This document shows positions 28,154 through 36,033 of a DNA stretch of 63,377 bases, one piece after another. The translations under genes and the position numbers were made by a program. Source of the stretch: Patescibacteria group bacterium (GTDB taxonomy: Bacteria > Patescibacteriota > Patescibacteriia > UBA9934). The notes below the pieces were generated by a model, which saw only the letters and a program-made list of their open reading frames with translations, was not told where the DNA came from and did no database searches. The DNA is taken from contig JBAYHI010000006.1 of NCBI GenBank assembly GCA_041666205.1, forward strand, positions 1-63,377, in the 5' to 3' direction. The first letter of the stretch is position 1. Each line of letters begins with the position of its first letter.

Positions 28154-29226
28154 AGATAATCGTGAAATCCTTTTAATTCAAGTTCTGCAACGAGTTCTTT
28201 TACACGTTGCGCATCGGACTTTTTGCAAACCAAAAGCGCATCAACCGTATCGACCACAATCACATCATCCATCCCGATGATGGTCACCACTTTTTCCGGC
28301 ACGCCGTAAATAAGTGAGCGATTTGTATCAAGCGCAATGCACGTACCACGCACCACGTTTTCCTCTGCGCTTGGCGCCAGGCGTTCATGAAGCGTATCCC
28401 AGGCCCCAATATCACTCCACCCAAATTCTCCTTTGAGGATTAAGACGTCTGCGGGGTCCATTTTTTCCGTCACTGCATAATCAAACGAGAGCTTCTGTAA
28501 TTTGGCATAAAACTCACGCACCAGTGCATCATTGCCTTCCTGGATCGCGCCTTGAATCATGCGCAAGATTTTTCCATCCTCAGCGCTATATCGCTCAAAT
28601 GATTCCACGAATTTGCGTGGCGTCCACATATAGTAATTCCCGTGCCACAAATACGCACCGGATTCCAAATACGTTTTTGCTGTTTCGTAGTCGGGTTTTT
28701 CTTTATGACCCGTAAACGCAAAAACTTCGATCCCATCGCGCGTTTCTTTGCATGCTCCAATGCCCGTATAGCCAAGCACCGTGCTTGGGAAGGTTGGGGC
28801 AATGCCAATGTCGAGTAATTTTCCGGTTTCTTCAATGAGTTCCCCACCGAGTTTTACCGTGCGCACGAATAAATCTTCGTTTTGAATGTAGTGATCAGAC
28901 GGGATAAACACCATGGGTTCATCGGGAAACTGAAGCTCGAGCACGGCTGCCACATACCCCATGGCAGGACCGGTATCGCGTTTCTCGGGTTCAACAATGA
29001 TTCGATCGGTTGGCACTTCAGGGAATAATTCCAAAATGGCGTCTGCGAATGCAGGCGAAACGGAAAAGAAAATATCCTCGGGCGCGAATAGCTTCAAGAG
29101 TCGTTTATAGGTATCGCGAATGAGCGGATCTTCTGAAATGAGTTCTGTAAACTGTTTTGGACGATTTTTTCGACTAAGCGGCCAAAGACGTGTTCCAACT
29201 CCCCCAGCTAAGATAATGGCTTTCAT
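28150..29226 (-). CDS. mannose-1-phosphate guanylyltransferase-like nucleotidyltransferase
   Basis: MKAIILAGGVGTRLWPLSRKNRPKQF signature. ATGA-coupled on both sides. Confidence 0.75.
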   Translation of the reverse strand: MKAIILAGGVGTRLWPLSRKNRPKQFTELISEDPLIRDTYKRLLKLFAPEDIFFSVSPAFADAILELFPEVPTDRIIVEPEKRDTGPAMGYVAAVLELQFPDEPMVFIPSDHYIQNEDLFVRTVKLGGELIEETGKLLDIGIAPTFPSTVLGYTGIGACKETRDGIEVFAFTGHKEKPDYETAKTYLESGAYLWHGNYYMWTPRKFVESFERYSAEDGKILRMIQGAIQEGNDALVREFYAKLQKLSFDYAVTEKMDPADVLILKGEFGWSDIGAWDTLHERLAPSAEENVVRGTCIALDTNRSLIYGVPEKVVTIIGMDDVIVVDTVDALLVCKKSDAQRVKELVAELELKGFHDYL

Positions 29227-29735
29227 ACAGCAATTACCATAGCGGAAACAGCAATTCCTAGCAATAATCCGGCCAAAAGATCACTTGCATAATGCACCCC
29301 AACCATGATGCGGGAAATTGTAATGAGAAGTGCCAAACCGTATGCACAACTTGCCACCATGATCATCGTTCCAGTAGCAAAGGTGGGTGGAGAGAGTAAA
29401 ACGAGCGCGGTTGCAAAAGCAAATGAGGTGGATGCGTGGATGGACGGGAAGGTATAGCGATTCATCCACGGGACATAAGAGGTTTCAAAGAGCTTTGGCC
29501 GTGGACGGCGTACGATATTTCGCAACATCCACGTAAGGAAAAATGTACCCGCCACTGCGACAATAAATTCCAGCGCAATGTATCGGGAGAATGAATACAG
29601 CATCCAGATGAACAAAAAGTAGGCAATGTATAGCCACATGCCGTAAACCGATAAGGCGTACCAGAATCGATAGGTAGATGCTCCGGCTTCGTGAACGCGT
29701 TTGGTAATTTCGATGTCCCAGTTTTTCATGCGCAT
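29223..29735 (-). CDS. PAP2-family (undecaprenyl-diphosphate-type) phosphatase
   Basis: KX6RP (NIVRRPRP), PSxH (PSIHAS), SRX5HX3D (SRIMVGVHYASD). A TGtTATAAT box at 29736-29744 predicts a leaderless start at the second ATG (29729). Confidence 0.7.
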   Translation of the reverse strand: MRMKNWDIEITKRVHEAGASTYRFWYALSVYGMWLYIAYFLFIWMLYSFSRYIALEFIVAVAGTFFLTWMLRNIVRRPRPKLFETSYVPWMNRYTFPSIHASTSFAFATALVLLSPPTFATGTMIMVASCAYGLALLITISRIMVGVHYASDLLAGLLLGIAVSAMVIAV

Positions 29736-29742
29736 ATTATAA

Positions 29743-29987
29743 CAAAAAAATGAACCCCGCGGGAGGAGCCCGCGGGGGAAGGAGGCATGAGCCGGATGTA
29801 AACGTCGAGGAGACGTACGCAAGAGACGATCACGGCTGACCCACGCCTGAAACGTTGCCCTGACAAGACCAACGAATTGTTCATCGAGCGAATCCGAGAG
29901 CGACTACTATTTGGTTGGATTGAATCCACCTTATTTGTGAGGGTCAGTCTGGATATGCAAGAGAAGCTATTCATCGATCGTCAGGGC
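29743..29987 (-). ncRNA. candidate structured RNA B2 (about 245 nt), family unknown
   Basis: Promoter TTGAAT, 17 nt, TAGTAT (29994-30022). 9-bp terminator ccccgcggg/cccgcgggg plus T7 (29743-29777). Long-range pairs TTGCCCTGAC/GTCAGGGCAA and CTGACCC/GGGTCAG. No SD-led ORF. Confidence 0.4.
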
Positions 29988-30020
29988 AATTCAATACTAG
30001 CGAATAATCAAAAATGATTC

Positions 30021-30300
30021 AAGAAAAGATGAAGCCCCGTCGAACTGAATCGACGGGGCCTGAGAGGTAGGTACGGGTGGATACAGCAATGTGATTCGGG
30101 AGTGTGATGTTCGTCTACACGGTAGTGTGCGGACGCTCCACCCGTACCAAGGGTGAAAAGATGGGCGGCGCCCAGATCAGGGCGTTGGAGGGAAAGAGTG
30201 ATGCGTTCTAGGGGGCGCCACCCATAAGCACGGGAAAGGAGCGCAAATCGTATTCGCATGACACGTACTGACGACGGAACAAGGCTTTGTCTGCGAAATT
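30021..30300 (-). ncRNA. candidate structured RNA B1 (5' end undefined), family unknown
   Basis: 12-bp stems GGTACGGGTGGA/TCCACCCGTACC (30070-30081/30137-30148) and ATGGGTGGCGCC/GGCGCCGCCCAT (G-U only on the minus strand). 9-bp terminator hairpin 30035-30058 plus a T-rich tail. Confidence 0.35.
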
Positions 30301-30434
30301 ACGATCCGCGCCGGAAAAGACGGCGAGAAATTTCGACCTACATCTTGACTCGCTTCATTGCACCATCAACCAGGAACTCGTCACTCGATGATAAGATGAA
30401 GTCGAAAAAATCGCCGTAGTTAACGGAAAGATAA

Positions 30435-30463
30435 CAAAAAACGAGGCATTTGTCAATGCCTCG
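30435..30463 (-). terminator. intrinsic terminator after gpmI and the small ORF
   Basis: cgaggcatt-gaca-aatgcctcg followed by TTTTTT on the minus strand. Confidence 0.6.
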
Positions 30464-30474
30464 GGCTTTTCTTC

Positions 30475-30502
30475 GTACGGACAGGTCGCGACCTGTCCGT
30501 AC
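30475..30502. repeat. class-2 REP, perfect 28-nt palindrome
   Basis: GTACGGACAGGTCGCGACCTGTCCGTAC. Confidence 0.8.
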
Positions 30503-30507
30503 AGCGC

Positions 30508-30636
30508 CTAGATCAAAAAGAATGCCTCAAAAATCGGCAAAGAAATCATGGCCAGTAAAAATGCTGCAAGCACCGCGCCAGTTGCGGTAATCACGATCCA
30601 AAATATCATGTCACTGATATGTGTTTTTTTCGCCAT
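30508..30636 (-). CDS. small (42 aa) single-TM protein candidate
   Basis: MAKKTHISDMIFWIVITATGAVLAAFLLAMISLPIFEAFFLI. ATG lies 2 nt after the gpmI stop. Below the ORF-track cut-off. Confidence 0.35.
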   Translation of the reverse strand: MAKKTHISDMIFWIVITATGAVLAAFLLAMISLPIFEAFFLI

Positions 30637-30637
30637 A

Positions 30638-32263
30638 TTATTCCACAAGTGGAGTACCGGTCATTTCGGGCGGTTGTGGTACCCCTAAGATTTTCAAAAT
30701 CGTTGGTGCAATGTCGGCAAGCATGCCAACCGGTGGCAAAAGCGATAAATCGCCATTTGGTGCATCGCCCGATAGACCCGGTTTGCCTTCATATTGTTTC
30801 CCAACAACAATGAATGGCACTGGATTCGTACTATGCTCTTTATCGATCTCGCCCGTTTTTAAATTCAATAATTCCTCTGAATTCCCGTGGTCAGCTACAA
30901 CCAACAGCACTCCGTTTTGCGCAAGCACTTCGTCTTTGAGCTGACCCAAATAATAATCCACGGTTTCATGCGCAGAAATGGTTGCAGCCAAATTCCCCGT
31001 ATGCGCCACCATATCGGGGTTGGCATAGTTGAGGAGGATCACATCATAGTTCCCTGTTCGAATTTCACGGAACACGCGCTCGGATAATTCCTTGGAAGAC
31101 ATAGCCGGTTGCTGGTCATACGACGCCACCTTGGGTGAGGGAATAATCACCCGATCTTCATGCGGGAATGCCTCTTCTTTGGATCCGTTCATGAAGAACG
31201 TGACGTGCGCGTATTTTTCCGTTTCCGCAATGTGAAGTTGTACCAACCCGGCATTTGACAACACCTCTGCTAAAGAATTTTTGATATCGATTTGCGGGAA
31301 TGCCGCTTGAACAGGCAAGCCTTTCTCATACTCCATCATCGTGACGAATGGAACGTTCTCAATATATTGACGCGGGAATTTATCAAATGAAGGAAGTACA
31401 AATGCCTTGGTGATTTCGCGCGCGCGATCCGCTCGATAATTCCAAAAAATCATGGCGTCGCCGGGTTTTACCGTGGCAACGGGTGCGCCCTTGCGCGTCA
31501 TCACGGTTGGATAAAATTCCTCATCGTACACTTCGCGACTATAGGAATTTTTCAGTGCGTCCATTGGGTCTTCCGCTGTGCTTTGCGAAACACCCAGCGC
31601 AATTGCCTCGTAGGCTTTTTGCACACGATCCCAACGATTGTCGCGATCCATGGCATAGTATCGACCGCACATGGTTGCCAACTGCCCCACGCCAATGTCT
31701 TTCAGTTGCTGGGTGAGTTCGCCCACAAAATCGAGCGCGGAATTATAGAGCGTATCGCGCCCATCCAAAAATGCATGCACTGCAACATCTTTCACTTTAT
31801 TTTTCTTGGCGAGTTCCAAAAGTGCATACAGATGCATATGATACCCGTGCACTTTTCCAGACGACAAAATTCCCATGAGGTGAAGCGTTCCTCCGGTTTC
31901 TTTAACATGAGCAACCGCTTTCAAAAACGCATCGTTTTTGAAAAAGGTGCCATCTTTGATTTCTTTTTCCAGGCGTGGCAAGGCCATGTAATTCACGCGC
32001 CCAGTGCCAATGGTTAAATGTCCCACCTCGGAATTCCCCATTTCGCCCCAAAGCAATCCAACTGCCTCTCCCGATGCTTTCAGGGTGATGGTTGGATAGC
32101 GTAAGGTAAGTTCGGAATAATTGGGCATCTTTGCATGCGTCACAGCATTCCCTTCAGAATCAGGTGCAATTCCAAACCCATCAAGAATCGCGAGCACAAC
32201 AGGTCGCGGGCGCGAACCCATCGCTCCCGTACCTTCAGCCGGAAAAACTGGCGTATTGGCCAT
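30638..32263 (-). CDS. gpmI: 2,3-bisphosphoglycerate-independent phosphoglycerate mutase
   Basis: VVLAILDGFG, GNSEVGHLTIGTGR, ADHGNSE. Start trimmed to MANTPVF (32263). Confidence 0.9.
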   Translation of the reverse strand: MANTPVFPAEGTGAMGSRPRPVVLAILDGFGIAPDSEGNAVTHAKMPNYSELTLRYPTITLKASGEAVGLLWGEMGNSEVGHLTIGTGRVNYMALPRLEKEIKDGTFFKNDAFLKAVAHVKETGGTLHLMGILSSGKVHGYHMHLYALLELAKKNKVKDVAVHAFLDGRDTLYNSALDFVGELTQQLKDIGVGQLATMCGRYYAMDRDNRWDRVQKAYEAIALGVSQSTAEDPMDALKNSYSREVYDEEFYPTVMTRKGAPVATVKPGDAMIFWNYRADRAREITKAFVLPSFDKFPRQYIENVPFVTMMEYEKGLPVQAAFPQIDIKNSLAEVLSNAGLVQLHIAETEKYAHVTFFMNGSKEEAFPHEDRVIIPSPKVASYDQQPAMSSKELSERVFREIRTGNYDVILLNYANPDMVAHTGNLAATISAHETVDYYLGQLKDEVLAQNGVLLVVADHGNSEELLNLKTGEIDKEHSTNPVPFIVVGKQYEGKPGLSGDAPNGDLSLLPPVGMLADIAPTILKILGVPQPPEMTGTPLVE

Positions 32264-32280
32264 ATGGCCGCAAGTATAGC

Positions 32281-32314
32281 AAAAAAAACAAAAACATGGG
32301 ACAAAATCCCACAT
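32281..32314 (-). terminator. intrinsic terminator after the ftsL-like gene
   Basis: atgtggga-ttttg-tcccatgt (two wobble pairs, minus strand) followed by a long T-run. Confidence 0.5.
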
Positions 32315-32326
32315 TCTTTGCGAACA

Positions 32327-32680
32327 TTAGCGGTTCATAGCAACCTCTGATCCTTGCGAGCTTACGTAAACAATATTTGAAATTTTTGTGAGTCCGAGCA
32401 TCTGAATACGTGTTGAAACACTATCAATCGATTGGAGTTTAGCCACTTCCAAATTGAGGCGTGTGAGTTCGGTATTTCCTTCTTCAATTTGTACTTCCAA
32501 TTCACGCATGGTATACCCGGCAGTTTGTGCGGCGTTCACATGCCAAATATAGAGGCCCAGCATGGCGACGTTTGCAATACAGAGAGCCATGCAAAGCATC
32601 CCGGCAGAGCGGACCATGGCGATGAGTGAATTTAGTTTGAAAGAAATTGGCATACCTCCTACGTATGTGATTGGGATCAA
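32327..32680 (-). CDS. ftsL: FtsL-like bitopic cell-division protein
   Basis: Single TM segment followed by a coiled coil (ELEVQIEEGNTELTRLNLEVAKLQS). Sits directly downstream of rsmH. Symbol is by position only. Confidence 0.5.
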   Translation of the reverse strand: MIPITYVGGMPISFKLNSLIAMVRSAGMLCMALCIANVAMLGLYIWHVNAAQTAGYTMRELEVQIEEGNTELTRLNLEVAKLQSIDSVSTRIQMLGLTKISNIVYVSSQGSEVAMNR

Positions 32681-33522
32681 TTTTTTAGAGCGAAGCGAAG
32701 CTTGGCAGATCGTGCGCGAGGATTTTCTGCAATTTCCTCGTGACTTGGCTTGATGAGCTCTGCATTTTTAAAATCTTCTTTCTTGAACTCTTGTTTTACG
32801 ATTCTATCTTCGAGTGAATGGAAGGTGATGATGCACAGGCGCCCATTGGGCTTGAGCAACGTCTTCATTGATTCAAGCGCGCGTTCGAGTTCAGTGAGTT
32901 CCCCGTTTACGGCAATGCGGAGCGCTTGAAAGATTTGCGTTGCAGGGTGAATGCGTCCGCGTCGAGGTTTCACGAGCGAAACAACATCGGCAAGTTCCGT
33001 GGTTGTTTCAAATCGCTTTTGCTCCCGCGCTTCACAAATCGCTTGCGCAATCGGACGAGCTAGCAACTCTTCCCCGTAGATGCGGAAGATTTCCGCAAGT
33101 TCATCTTCTCCCCATTCGTTCACAATCGTTGCAGCTGTCATGTCCCCTGTTTGGTCGTAGCGCATATCCAATGGCCCATCTGACTGGAACGAGAATCCTC
33201 GTGCCGGATCGTCCACATGGACTGAGGAAAACCCCAGGTCAAATAGCGCAGCGTCCAGTGGTGGCATTGCATGATTTGCAACGTTCCCGAATGAGTCGTG
33301 GATGAACGTAATTTGCGAGGCATAATCGCTTAGGCGATTCTTAGCCTCATCGAGATTGCGTGCATCGCGGTCGAAGGCGATGAGATGTCCCGTAGGACCA
33401 ATCGCCTCAAGGATCAACTTGGAGTGACCTCCAAGCCCGACCGTGGCATCTAAAACCGTTTCACCTCCCTTCAAGGCAAGGCGATCCATGACCTCCTTGC
33501 TCATGACCGGTATGTGCTGCAT
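32677..33522 (-). CDS. rsmH: 16S rRNA (cytosine1402-N4)-methyltransferase
   Basis: HIPVMSKEV, LDATVGLGGHS, FDLGFSS, SLEDRIVK. Confidence 0.9.
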   Translation of the reverse strand: MQHIPVMSKEVMDRLALKGGETVLDATVGLGGHSKLILEAIGPTGHLIAFDRDARNLDEAKNRLSDYASQITFIHDSFGNVANHAMPPLDAALFDLGFSSVHVDDPARGFSFQSDGPLDMRYDQTGDMTAATIVNEWGEDELAEIFRIYGEELLARPIAQAICEAREQKRFETTTELADVVSLVKPRRGRIHPATQIFQALRIAVNGELTELERALESMKTLLKPNGRLCIITFHSLEDRIVKQEFKKEDFKNAELIKPSHEEIAENPRARSAKLRFALKN

Positions 33523-33526
33523 AGTT

Positions 33527-33958
33527 TTAGATTCCCATTTCTCCTAACTTTTCTGCGATGGCGCCGGCATCCTCCTCCGTTTGACTGCTGTATGCAAGCC
33601 AAGCGGCCTCGTCCCAAATTTCGAGACGTGTATTGATGCCAACGATCACCACTTTTTTTCCGAGCTTTGCGTACGTGCGCAAGTACTCTGGAACAACGAA
33701 TCGTCCCTGCTTGTCTAACTCCACATCCATCGCGCCCGCAAGCATGAGCCGAGCGAATGCACGTGAATTAGCCTGCCCCAGGGGCAAACCAGCTAATTTC
33801 TCAGCAAGCTTGCCCCACTCCTCCAAGGGGAGCAGGAACAACGAAGCGTCAAGACCTCGCGTAACAACCGCTCCATGCGCTAGGTCACCTCGAAACTTCG
33901 TTGGGACCGCGATTCGGCCCTTTTCGTCGATTTGGTGATGATATTCACCTATGAACAT
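33527..33958 (-). CDS. mraZ: transcriptional regulator MraZ
   Basis: FIGEYHHQIDEKGRIAVPTKFR and a second DKQGRFVVP repeat. Start trimmed to MFIGEY (33958). Confidence 0.85.
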   Translation of the reverse strand: MFIGEYHHQIDEKGRIAVPTKFRGDLAHGAVVTRGLDASLFLLPLEEWGKLAEKLAGLPLGQANSRAFARLMLAGAMDVELDKQGRFVVPEYLRTYAKLGKKVVIVGINTRLEIWDEAAWLAYSSQTEEDAGAIAEKLGEMGI

Positions 33959-34111
33959 ATAAAAAGAACAAGCGGTTGACACTGCCACGAATTATGGGTG
34001 CGAAACTTGCGTTCCGCGCACCAGGACTCATGACAGGGGGAAGTTCCCAGAACCGCTTGATCCATAAAAATCGAAATCAAGGAAGCACACCGTTGAACAT
34101 CTCTGTTCAAC

Positions 34112-34179
34112 CCACTTTGTGCCTCATGCCATCCACTTTACTCCACTTGAGAGGTCGGGTCAACCACCGTTTTCCACTT
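34112..34179 (-). promoter_or_regulatory. mraZ promoter with four phased AAGTGG repeats (putative MraZ operator)
   Basis: CCACTT on the plus strand at 34112, 34133, 34143 and 34174 (spacings 21, 10, 31 nt). These overlap TTGACC, 17 nt, TAAAGT (34135-34163). Confidence 0.45.
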
Positions 34180-34266
34180 GAGTGAGAATATTTTTGCGCT
34201 GATACTAAACAAAAAAGGCGTTCGGTCTTTGTTCTTGAGGATAAGTTATTGTATGATGTCAGCAAT

Positions 34267-34767
34267 ATGAAACGATTTCTTCTTTTTCTTCTTCGCCCAA
34301 TTGCGTCGCCGATCTTTTCTTTGCTCCAAAAATATCAGTCAACGCATCATCGTCTGCCGGAATGGTATTTTTTTGCACTCGAACGTACCGTACCGATTCC
34401 GGCATTTGAATTGCTTGTGACGAAAAAGACAAACGAAGGTGAACAAATTTTCTTGATCAAACGCCCAGCAGACGATCCAACCTGGCCATCGCTTTGGCAT
34501 TTCCCAGGAACCATTCAGCGCTATTTTGATACGTTTGAAGATATTGAAAAACGCTGGGCAGAAGAATTAGGATTGCGTTCCCTCCCCCAGAAACCAAAAC
34601 TCCTCACGATCCGATTTGATGAAGACCGCGGACGTCACGCGCATCTTTTGCATCACCTCGAAGTTTCTGCAGAAACCGAATTTCCAACCGGCTCTTTCTT
34701 TCCCGTCGATGATTTGCCAAACGACATGATCACATTTGAAAAACGACAATTGCAGGAAATTTTATAG
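34267..34767 (+). CDS. Nudix-fold-like protein with a degenerate Nudix box, host-like composition (P0)
   Basis: IFLIKRPADDPTWPSLWHFPGT...KRWAEELGL. TATGAT at 34252-34257 predicts an almost leaderless start at the ATG at 34267. Paralogous to the three ORFs downstream. Confidence 0.5.
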   Translation: MKRFLLFLLRPIASPIFSLLQKYQSTHHRLPEWYFFALERTVPIPAFELLVTKKTNEGEQIFLIKRPADDPTWPSLWHFPGTIQRYFDTFEDIEKRWAEELGLRSLPQKPKLLTIRFDEDRGRHAHLLHHLEVSAETEFPTGSFFPVDDLPNDMITFEKRQLQEIL

Positions 34768-34781
34768 TCTACCCTCTTCTT

Positions 34782-34856
34782 TTCCGTCATTCTGAACGCA
34801 GTGAAGAATCTCTCGACATATCATGAGATCCTTCGCTAACGCTCAGGATGACGGAA
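34782..34856. repeat. MITE-like nested palindrome, variant copy C
   Basis: ccgtcattctgaacgcagtgaagaatctc-tcgacatatcat-gagatccttcgctaacgctcaggatgacgg. Confidence 0.7.
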
Positions 34857-34862
34857 GTAAAG

Positions 34863-34891
34863 TTGACGTCCGCCTGTTTCCCTGTTCAAAT
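34863..34891 (+). promoter_or_regulatory. promoter of cassette P1
   Basis: TTGACG, 17 nt, TCAAAT. Confidence 0.4.
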
Positions 34892-34915
34892 GGATGTGTC
34901 TGCGCGGGAGGTTTT

Positions 34916-35296
34916 ATGCCGTCAGACAAGCATGTTGCTGTATTCGTGCTTTTGCGCGAAATCGCGCCACAAGATATGGAGTGTCATCTGCCGTGCACGC
35001 CCCACAATGGACGGGCATTCGAACAGATGGAGATTCCGAACGGCTCGAAGACCGCACTCGACGCCGCGAACGCCAAGCTCCGCAGACGCGAGCGACCCTT
35101 CAGTGTTGTGCAACGTGTGATGAAGGACCCTGTGCGCCACTTCATCGTCGAACTCGATGGTGTCACCTATCACATCTGTTGTGTAAACATCGAGAACGTC
35201 GATCGCATGGTCAATTTCTACTCTATGATCAGTCCCCCGAGCGATCTCGCGGACATCGATCGTCGAGTTCTGGAGTCATTCTGTGATGAAATCTAA
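34916..35296 (+). CDS. G+C-rich Nudix-like paralogue P1 (126 aa)
   Basis: GGGAGG lies 4 nt before the ATG at 34916. The upstream part of the track ORF is the MITE. Shares the hhLhhR.P..D....h.hP and C-terminal hD.LP motifs with P0, P2 and P3. Confidence 0.5.
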   Translation: MPSDKHVAVFVLLREIAPQDMECHLPCTPHNGRAFEQMEIPNGSKTALDAANAKLRRRERPFSVVQRVMKDPVRHFIVELDGVTYHICCVNIENVDRMVNFYSMISPPSDLADIDRRVLESFCDEI

Positions 35297-35320
35297 TCAC
35301 ATCGACTCCTTGTTCTCCCT

Positions 35321-35347
35321 GGGGCGCCCTCGGCCCCGTTTGTGTTT
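35321..35347 (+). terminator. terminator of P1
   Basis: ggggcgccctcggcccc followed by GTTTGTGTTT. Confidence 0.45.
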
Positions 35348-35355
35348 ATGAAGAA

Positions 35356-35385
35356 TTGACGCATTCACATATGTGCGGTTCAATA
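35356..35385 (+). promoter_or_regulatory. promoter of cassette P2
   Basis: TTGACG, 18 nt, TCAATA. Confidence 0.35.
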
Positions 35386-35408
35386 GCACGGCTTTCTTGG
35401 AGGAACTC

Positions 35409-35924
35409 ATGCGTCCCGCCGATCTGGGTACAATCAACAAGCTCCTCGCAGAAAATCTGAAAGACATGAGTGGTGCCGGATTCACAGATGATGTCTTGAG
35501 GGTGCTCGACACGTTCATCCCATCCATCTACGTGATCCTGGCATTTCTCCAAAGCAGAGACACGCGTGCATTCATCTACCTCGTTAGGGGACCAATCAGT
35601 GATCCACACGCAGACCAATGGAGACTGCCAAGTGATCGACTGAATGGAGCCAACACCCCGCCGAGCATCATCCGAACGCTCACCTACCCCGTAGCATCAT
35701 TTGGCCTGACTGTTCTGGACGATGATATTCGGCACTGCACAGGCCTCTACTGCACCGGAGGAGGTCGCGTGACTCGTTTCTACGACATCTACGTCGTGGA
35801 CGTGTCGAATCGCTTCCAACCGCCCAAGGCAATGATGTTTTGGAACATGGATCGCCTCCCCGCCCTGCTGGACGATCACCGCGACGTCGTCGGCCATCTG
35901 CGTGAGCACCTTCAGCTTCGCTAG
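35409..35924 (+). CDS. G+C-rich Nudix-like paralogue P2 (171 aa)
   Basis: GGAGG lies 5 nt before the ATG at 35409. IYLVRGPISDPHADQWRLPS aligns with IFLIKRPADDPTWPSLWHFPG of P0. Confidence 0.5.
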   Translation: MRPADLGTINKLLAENLKDMSGAGFTDDVLRVLDTFIPSIYVILAFLQSRDTRAFIYLVRGPISDPHADQWRLPSDRLNGANTPPSIIRTLTYPVASFGLTVLDDDIRHCTGLYCTGGGRVTRFYDIYVVDVSNRFQPPKAMMFWNMDRLPALLDDHRDVVGHLREHLQLR

Positions 35925-35944
35925 TTCACGCTCGTATCTTCGTG

Positions 35945-35970
35945 AGGACCCATCGGGGTCCTTTTCCGTT
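35945..35970 (+). terminator. terminator of P2
   Basis: aggaccc-atcg-gggtcct followed by TTTCCGTTT. Confidence 0.5.
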
Positions 35971-35981
35971 TGCGTCACAAA

Positions 35982-36010
35982 TTGACCAAACAAAAAAATC
36001 GCGCTAAATT
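35982..36010 (+). promoter_or_regulatory. promoter of cassette P3
   Basis: TTGACC, 17 nt, TAAATT. Confidence 0.4.
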
Positions 36011-36033
36011 GGGCGCGACCTCTGGAGGTGAAT

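Noticed and set aside
30035-30058. The minus strand reads ...GATTCAGTTCGACGGGG..., resembling the conserved tmRNA 5' motif (GATTC..GATTCGACGGG).
   Set aside because: The motif is simply one arm of a perfect 9-bp hairpin (CCCCGTCGA/TCGACGGGG). There is no 5' GGGG acceptor strand, no T-arm/CCA end and no plausible tag ORF ending in hydrophobic residues. It behaves as a terminator hairpin.
30061-30230. GGTAGTGTG and AAGGGTGAAAAG strings on the plus strand recall 5S rRNA and the RNase P J11/12 region.
   Set aside because: No GGAAAGTCC (CR-I) or ACAGAA.CCGGCTTA (CR-V) is present. The closing helix encloses only ~80 nt, and the G-U evidence favours the opposite strand. The similarity is limited to short strings.
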